DNA of 34,556 nt from Crocinitomicaceae bacterium (lineage in GTDB: Bacteria > Bacteroidota > Bacteroidia > Flavobacteriales_D > Crocinitomicaceae). The notes under the pieces are model-generated. The model was not told the DNA's origin, searched no databases, and was given only the letters and a program-made list of their open reading frames with translations. How positions within the stretch are numbered: position 1 is the first letter of the stretch; every line of letters starts with the position of its first letter. The stretch is from the NCBI GenBank assembly GCA_023264075.1, contig JALQTG010000267.1:1-34556 (forward strand). Direction: 5' to 3'. This document shows positions 26,755 through 34,556 of the stretch, one piece after another. A program made the translations under genes and the position numbers.

Positions 26755-26788
26755 AAAAAAGGGGGTGAATTATTCACCCCCTTTTTTG
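26755..26788 (+). terminator. strong rho-independent terminator of the T9SS cargo gene
   Basis: A 9-bp GC-rich stem, gggggtgaa-tta-ttcaccccc (26761-26781), is flanked by an A run upstream and followed by TTTTTTGTT. Confidence 0.85.
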
Positions 26789-26843
26789 TTTCTGATGAAG
26801 ATAAAAATACATTGTGAATATTGTCCTTATCTTTACCTCTTAA

Positions 26844-29609
26844 ATGACTCAAATTAAAGACACTAAACACTACTCGATAGCAAAAAAACAACCCTTTCTC
26901 ATCGCAGGTTCTTTATATACTATTCTACTTATTGTTTGTTTTTTTCCCTTGTTCTTTGGTACCGCTAGTCTCAACTGGGACGCATTTGACCTGTGGATGC
27001 CCTGGAAGCACTTCATTGTTGAAGAGTTCTATGCTGGTGATTTACCCCTTTGGAACCCCTATTTTAGAGATGGGTTTCCCCAGCATGGAGACACGATGAC
27101 TTGGTACCCCATTAGTTGGGCAATTGGATTTTTGTTTGGCGGGTATAACCTGCATGCATTGAATGTAGATTATTTACTTCATTTACTGGTGGCCGGAACC
27201 GGAATGTTTGCACTCACCAAGCGATTTTACTCCAAGAACACCATTAACTTTCTGTTAGGCCTGAGCTTTATGCTATCGGGGTTTATGATTGGTAATGCAC
27301 AACACATCTCCTGGATTATCAGTGCGGCCTGGATTCCATGGTACTTTATAGCTATTTTCCAACTCCGGGACAAACAACAAATCAAACAACTGCTCCACTT
27401 TGCTGTTGTTGGTTACTTGCTTTTTTCTGGTGGATATTTGGCCATTTTTTTTGTACTCGTTTACCTCACATTGCTGCTGCTTATTTGGTTTTACTTTAAT
27501 CGTGAGAGCCGAGCTGTTACTGTTTTTTATCGGTATTTTGCGGTAGGCATTCTTCTTATAGCGTTGCTATCCCTACCCTTACTATTGTCCGCCTTCGAAC
27601 TGTTTCCATTGTTTAATCGCTTTCAGGTAGAGGAAGTAAGCGCATCCTTAGATATTCAACTTGGTGCTACTCCTTGGAATGGAATATTATCTATACTGTT
27701 CCCTCTTTCTTCTGGAATCTATAATGTACCTGAAATTGAATTTGGTACCTTTTCTACGTATTTCGGTCTTGTACCGTTTGTGCTACTTTTCGCAAAATTC
27801 AAAACGATCTATGTCAACCGGCGATTTCTCTTTCTCTTTATTATTGCCGTTCTAGCCTTAATGTGTTCTATGGGTGACGTGTTCCCCATTCGAAAAATTG
27901 TCAGCGTTCTACCTCTCTTGGATTTATTTCGCTACCCTGCGCTTTTTCGACTATTTTCAATTTTTATTGCGCTAGTTCTATTAGCTATGGTCTTGGAAAG
28001 GTCACCGCTGCAAAAGAGTATCCCTACTACCTCCGCCGCGCGTTGGGGGCTCATTACCACAGGAGTGCTTCTCCTCATTACTTCTGGGTACTTATTGATG
28101 CACTCCGAAGTATTGACTAACCTCAGTTATTTTAAAACTATTCCCTACACTAAGCCGCTAGAACACACCTCATTTATTGACCGGCTCGGGCTGAATTTAG
28201 GCATTTTGGGAATGCTTCTAACAGGGCTTTCCATATGGTGGTTCAGAAAAAAATATGTCACGTTCAATTCCTTTCTATTTCTGGTGTGGGGCCTTGAGCT
28301 ATTAGTGGTAGCGGCAAGCTCTGCGCCTCATGCTGTTTATCATCCAGTAAATGTTCCTTGGGCCAACCATATCATTCGTTCGCAACCATTAGAACATCCT
28401 CCATTGATATCTGATCATGCGAAACAAGAGGCGATTAACTGGAAAGATTACTTGGGTTTCTCCTGGCAATCAAAAACCTTTTATACCAAGCAATTTAGCA
28501 GCCTATGGTACAACCCTCTTCATATTAAGTCACCTGCAGTCGGGGCGGATGTTATCCCGATTCATCGTTCAGAAAACACGCCCATCATAGGTCGGTTGGT
28601 CAAAGACTCGATTGGAAACATGTCGGTTGTGCAGGATGAAACGATTTCCCTCAAGATTCTATCCAATCAACATTGGACTATTTCTTATCCTTCGACACTG
28701 CCAAATGGAAGCGTTCTCTTTATCAAGCAACACTATGTTCCAGAATGGGAAGCGCTTTCAGTGAAGGGCAAGTTACCGCTAAAACAAAGTGATGAAGGGT
28801 TTTTGCTACTAGAAGTTGATCCTTCCGAATATACAACATTTGACCTCGTATATAACCGTTCTCCTTACCTTATTACATTTTGGATTTCCCTTAGTTTGTT
28901 TTGTCTTTTCCTTTTTATACTGCTGTTAGTACATCCGAACAAATGGCTCTGGTTTACGACTTTTGCGGTGCTGTTCATTCTTGGCTTTCTGAATAATCGT
29001 CCACGTATCTTCGCACAATCATCCGAGGAAATCTCGGAGTATAATACGCTCACTCGATCGGATTTCGAAACTTCAATGTTTTCATCCAACGAATTTTGGA
29101 AACAGAAAAGCGACACGCTCTATGTTCCTACCGAAATTCCTAAAACAGACCAAGAAATTGCATATTTACAGCTGAATGCTCCAACGACTTTGACCACCGT
29201 GAAAATTAATGATGTGCTGTACCAACAACGCATCAAAAAATCGCTAGATCAGCCCATCACAGCCATCGCTAGCAATGATGACCCTACCCGTTTTCAGTTC
29301 GACTTACATACTGGATTAAGACAACATCAGCTGTTTGACAAAGTACTTCTCTTATCTTTCAATTATTCTGCATCCCAAGAAACCGCTCTTCAGTTTTGGA
29401 TAGCGCATAAACGTGAAGGAAAGTGGATTAATGGAAATGCTTGGCCGCTTTCGTCTTCCGTGGGATCAACTCAACAACATGTTTCAGCCGTCGACATTTC
29501 CTCCTATGACCTATTGCCGTCGGATGAATTAACCCTTTTTGTATGGGGAGAAGAAGATCCTCAATTTACCTGGAAGGACTTTTCAATCCATGTGATTACA
29601 GCGCCATAA
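26844..29609 (+). CDS. large polytopic membrane protein, YfhO-like, with a C-terminal extracytoplasmic domain
   Basis: 921 aa with more than 12 predicted TM helices. The N-terminal loop FDLWMPWKHFIVEEFYAGDLPLWNPYFRDGFPQHGD resembles the conserved YfhO / GT-C-like first loop. A soluble roughly 200-aa C-terminal domain follows the last TM. The family call is by eye only. Confidence 0.55.
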   Translation: MTQIKDTKHYSIAKKQPFLIAGSLYTILLIVCFFPLFFGTASLNWDAFDLWMPWKHFIVEEFYAGDLPLWNPYFRDGFPQHGDTMTWYPISWAIGFLFGGYNLHALNVDYLLHLLVAGTGMFALTKRFYSKNTINFLLGLSFMLSGFMIGNAQHISWIISAAWIPWYFIAIFQLRDKQQIKQLLHFAVVGYLLFSGGYLAIFFVLVYLTLLLLIWFYFNRESRAVTVFYRYFAVGILLIALLSLPLLLSAFELFPLFNRFQVEEVSASLDIQLGATPWNGILSILFPLSSGIYNVPEIEFGTFSTYFGLVPFVLLFAKFKTIYVNRRFLFLFIIAVLALMCSMGDVFPIRKIVSVLPLLDLFRYPALFRLFSIFIALVLLAMVLERSPLQKSIPTTSAARWGLITTGVLLLITSGYLLMHSEVLTNLSYFKTIPYTKPLEHTSFIDRLGLNLGILGMLLTGLSIWWFRKKYVTFNSFLFLVWGLELLVVAASSAPHAVYHPVNVPWANHIIRSQPLEHPPLISDHAKQEAINWKDYLGFSWQSKTFYTKQFSSLWYNPLHIKSPAVGADVIPIHRSENTPIIGRLVKDSIGNMSVVQDETISLKILSNQHWTISYPSTLPNGSVLFIKQHYVPEWEALSVKGKLPLKQSDEGFLLLEVDPSEYTTFDLVYNRSPYLITFWISLSLFCLFLFILLLVHPNKWLWFTTFAVLFILGFLNNRPRIFAQSSEEISEYNTLTRSDFETSMFSSNEFWKQKSDTLYVPTEIPKTDQEIAYLQLNAPTTLTTVKINDVLYQQRIKKSLDQPITAIASNDDPTRFQFDLHTGLRQHQLFDKVLLLSFNYSASQETALQFWIAHKREGKWINGNAWPLSSSVGSTQQHVSAVDISSYDLLPSDELTLFVWGEEDPQFTWKDFSIHVITAP

Positions 29610-30489
29610 GTGAACACCCATTGATCGTTGCTCTGAAAACAACCGTTTCACCAAGTAGAAGGGCCCTATTGTCATCGCAGTGTCCCGCTGGGAAATCAAA
29701 AGCAACAGGAATATTTCGGTAGTTAAAGTGTTCTAAAATGATTTGTTGCAACGATTTTCCAAAGGGCGTTTCTGTATCCTTAATAGCTGAAAAACTACCG
29801 ACAACAACGCCATTAATCTTATCTAACACTCCCGACTTAGATAACGTGTAAAACATTCTATCAATAGCATATAAGTGTTCACCAACCTCTTCTACAAACA
29901 AAATGGCATCGGTATAATCCGGCATCGAATTTGTGTTGACCAATCCCGTCAGTACAGCTAGGTTTCCTCCAAGCAACTTACCCGTTGCCTCTCCTTCTTT
30001 AACGCTATCCGAAGACCAGGAGTACTGCATTGGCCTTCCGGCAATCACCTCCAACACACTTTGAAGAGCGGTGGCACTATTTGTCGAATAATTAAGTGGC
30101 ATTGTGCCATGAACCCCTACAATTCCCATACGATTGAGATGCTGAAGAAAAACAGTCACATCACTAAACCCAATTATCCATTTTGGATGATCCACCATTA
30201 CGGACCAATTCAATCGGTCAACCAGCCGAACACAACCATAACCACCTCTTGCACAAACAATGGCCTTCACATCTTCGTCGTCCAATGCGCGTTGAAAATC
30301 CTGTAATCGCTCCGCATCTGTGCCCGAAAAATAATAATGGTCACCTGAGACATTCTTTCCTAATTTTACGGTATAACCAGCCGCTTCCCAAAATGATTGG
30401 GCGGAAAAAACAAGCTCTTCGCTTATCGCTTTTGCCGGAGCAACGATAGCAATAGTATCTCCTTTTTTTAGGTATTGAGGGCGCTTCAC
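29596..30489 (-). CDS. ldcA: LD-carboxypeptidase (peptidase S66, LdcA/MccF family)
   Basis: 297 aa. Signatures are GDTIAIVAPA, CARGGYG, the nucleophile motif IIGFSDVT and FPAGHCDDN. The start is GTG at 30489, overlapping the upstream stop by 1 nt (TAGTG). Confidence 0.85.
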   Translation of the reverse strand: MKRPQYLKKGDTIAIVAPAKAISEELVFSAQSFWEAAGYTVKLGKNVSGDHYYFSGTDAERLQDFQRALDDEDVKAIVCARGGYGCVRLVDRLNWSVMVDHPKWIIGFSDVTVFLQHLNRMGIVGVHGTMPLNYSTNSATALQSVLEVIAGRPMQYSWSSDSVKEGEATGKLLGGNLAVLTGLVNTNSMPDYTDAILFVEEVGEHLYAIDRMFYTLSKSGVLDKINGVVVGSFSAIKDTETPFGKSLQQIILEHFNYRNIPVAFDFPAGHCDDNRALLLGETVVFRATINGCSLMAL

Positions 30490-31352
30490 TATTTGTAGGT
30501 TGACGTCATTTCATGATCAACCGCCAAAATAAAATCAGCTGTTGCAAATTCACTCTTGTCCACGCTGTTGATGTCTTCAACAAGGATTGTATTGATCGTT
30601 TTTATCCTCGTTTCTGGTCGATATTGTTTGATGTACCAGTAAATCCCCTGGTAATAATTACTGTGGAACGAACCATTAAAATGTATAAAGGTTGTGTTTT
30701 CGATGAGTCCTGATACGATTCTATGAGCCATTGTTGCATCTTTAATCGCTTGAGCTTTTGGGAAATTTTCCCCACCATGTCCCCCCATCATTTCAAGCAT
30801 GGCTTGGTATTGGGAAAGATTCGCGTCATACGGAATCGGGAGGGGTGCAAGCCAATTCTTTTCATCATCGGGCAGCTCGTTCAACGCTTCAAACCCGTTC
30901 TTGTAGACAATGCTGGCATATTTTCTCGGTACATTACACGCAATAAACCGAATTTCTTCTTGTTTTGCGTATTCAACAAGAGGGGCGTAATCTGTTGCAT
31001 AATTGCTCCACAAGCGTGCCAATGTATCAAAGCCTTTTTGATCAATTTCTCCTGCTAAATATTGGTTCAGTTGCACTTGGTTATCGGTTTCGAACATCTC
31101 TGCTCCTAGAACAATTCCTCTTTGTTCATGAATTGATTGGGTCACCTTGAGCTGCATCCAATGGGCAATTGGGTTATCATGCAATTCACCAAAGAGAACA
31201 ACGTCACTCTCTGCAAAGACTTTTATCATCTTTTGGTAAGCTACTTTTTTTCCTTTTTTATCATAAAGCTGAAACGCTGCGTCATGCTGGCCAAAAGAGA
31301 ATACTCCTGCTAAGAGCCAACAACTTAGTACTGCTATCCATTTGTTTTTCAT
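30489..31352 (-). CDS. ChaN-family (Tiki/TraB/erythromycin-esterase superfamily) secreted protein
   Basis: 287 aa with a signal peptide (MKNKWIAVLSCWLLAGVFSFGQ). It carries the VVLFGELHDNPIAHW motif characteristic of PF04187 ChaN-like proteins. Confidence 0.65.
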   Translation of the reverse strand: MKNKWIAVLSCWLLAGVFSFGQHDAAFQLYDKKGKKVAYQKMIKVFAESDVVLFGELHDNPIAHWMQLKVTQSIHEQRGIVLGAEMFETDNQVQLNQYLAGEIDQKGFDTLARLWSNYATDYAPLVEYAKQEEIRFIACNVPRKYASIVYKNGFEALNELPDDEKNWLAPLPIPYDANLSQYQAMLEMMGGHGGENFPKAQAIKDATMAHRIVSGLIENTTFIHFNGSFHSNYYQGIYWYIKQYRPETRIKTINTILVEDINSVDKSEFATADFILAVDHEMTSTYK

Positions 31353-31397
31353 GCCCTAATCTTTTAACTCTTCCCCTCGCGGCGGAGAACTCATCAA

Positions 31398-33689
<2,292 letters not shown>

Positions 33690-33724
33690 TCAACTGATTA
33701 CGAAGGCTGAACAGGACACAAATT

Positions 33725-34135
33725 TTATCGTATCATCACCCCTGGTTTGTTGATCAAGGGTATTTGCACAAAGTTGTCCTCTTTAATGGTCTCTTGAAGA
33801 AAGATAAATTTCTTATCGTACATCGCGTCATTCATCCAAAAGCTTACCCAATATTCATTGTTCAATCCAAAAACATCTTCGATTATTGGTTCAATTTTTT
33901 TAAACGAGCGAGGTGGTACATTTTCAAGATTATGGCGCAGCATAGATGTTTTCACTTGCTCCTCTGTTTCATGGTGAACAGCATATCCAACAGAGCTCAC
34001 TAAAACACCTTCTAATTCAACCTCGTAAAAGTTCAATAAGTAAACGTTAAACACGGGCTCTCCTAGTTCATTGAGTTCTTCTACAACTGCAACCGCCGCC
34101 TGGGTTACTTTCGGACCCTGAAGTTCTTCTTTCAT
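33725..34135 (-). CDS. hypothetical cytoplasmic protein
   Basis: 136-aa ORF with an ATG start, coding-like composition and no signal peptide. I recognise no motif. Confidence 0.55.
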   Translation of the reverse strand: MKEELQGPKVTQAAVAVVEELNELGEPVFNVYLLNFYEVELEGVLVSSVGYAVHHETEEQVKTSMLRHNLENVPPRSFKKIEPIIEDVFGLNNEYWVSFWMNDAMYDKKFIFLQETIKEDNFVQIPLINKPGVMIR

Positions 34136-34172
34136 CTGCTTGTTATCGTCCTATTTTAAATTGTGTTCACGT

Positions 34173-34556
34173 TTAACGGTCTAACAGTTGTTGTGCAATG
34201 TCCAAGTATAAAAACAAATCCATTGGGTGATCCAACATATATTCTTCCCCAGTTTTCACATTCTCTTCCCCTGCTTTTTCCAAACGCTTGTGTCCAGTGC
34301 GGACAATCACAACGTCTAAATCTGGAATGGAAATCACATACTGCCCTTTTATTCCACGTGCATAAATTACCTTTTGCTTAGGGTCTTTTAATATCCAATA
34401 ATGCAACCCGTACCGGTGATTTTCTCTATTTCCAACCAACATATAATTCGTGGTGATTTCTTGAAGCATGGAGTTCGAAATAATGGTGTCCGCCCCCCAT
34501 ATTCCCCCGTTCAAAATGAGCTGGCCTAACCGTGCATAGTCCCTAGTTGTTGAATA
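34173..34556 (-). CDS. beta-lactamase-family serine hydrolase, C-terminal part (partial, runs off the window end)
   Basis: The frame stays open to the window edge, and the M at 34514 in the track is an internal TTG. The translation YSTTRDYARLGQLILNGGIWGADTIIS.. matches the conserved C-terminal region of class-C-like or esterase-type serine hydrolases. Confidence 0.6.
   Translation of the reverse strand, partial: YSTTRDYARLGQLILNGGIWGADTIISNSMLQEITTNYMLVGNRENHRYGLHYWILKDPKQKVIYARGIKGQYVISIPDLDVVIVRTGHKRLEKAGEENVKTGEEYMLDHPMDLFLYLDIAQQLLDR

Noticed and set aside
24891-26757. The 9-mer GTTAACAAA occurs on both sides of the T9SS cargo gene (24891-24899 and 26749-26757), which could suggest flanking direct repeats of an inserted cassette.
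   Set aside because: An AT-rich 9-mer recurring once in 34 kb of AT-rich DNA is close to chance expectation. There is no integrase or compositional break beyond expression-type codon bias.

Overview
AT-rich chromosomal segment that looks like a Bacteroidota genome, probably Flavobacteriia-like. The evidence for that is a T9SS C-terminal sorting domain, TAnnTTTG -7 boxes 15-25 nt upstream of several start codons, a DUF4286 gene and a monomeric isocitrate dehydrogenase. About 30 genes are present and nearly all are core housekeeping. They are: the tail of a dihydroorotase-like gene, tsaC/sua5, a cytochrome b561-like protein, a GT2-GT9 LPS-core-type glycosyltransferase pair, an ECF sigma module, serS, an OmpA-family lipoprotein, mgtE, rsmA(ksgA), DUF4286, pdxA, the yceD-rpmF-plsX-fabH-accB-accC cluster, metG, a long S9 peptidase, one T9SS cargo protein, a YfhO-like giant membrane protein, ldcA, a ChaN-like protein, monomeric icd, and a partial beta-lactamase-family hydrolase. 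I see no transposase, integrase, phage, CRISPR, toxin-antitoxin or recognisable defence gene, and no rRNA or tRNA. I do not find convincing evidence for a large novel multi-gene system. This reads as an ordinary core region with a few small oddities. In my order of interest they are: (1) a repeat architecture between rsmA and mgtE that can form two mutually exclusive 15-bp helices; (2) a tightly coupled lipoprotein / ECF sigma / anti-sigma-like gene trio in which the third protein combines a cytoplasmic N-terminus, one TM helix and a C-terminal outer-membrane beta-barrel; (3) a secreted 288-aa orphan, trailing the GT2-GT9 operon, with short motifs resembling the Cys and Gln motifs of thioester domains; (4) a GC-rich perfect 22-bp inverted repeat abutting the mgtE stop codon; (5) a roughly 450-bp non-coding stretch ending in a good terminator that reads as a decayed lipoprotein gene. 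All family assignments come from reading motifs in the translations, not from database searches.
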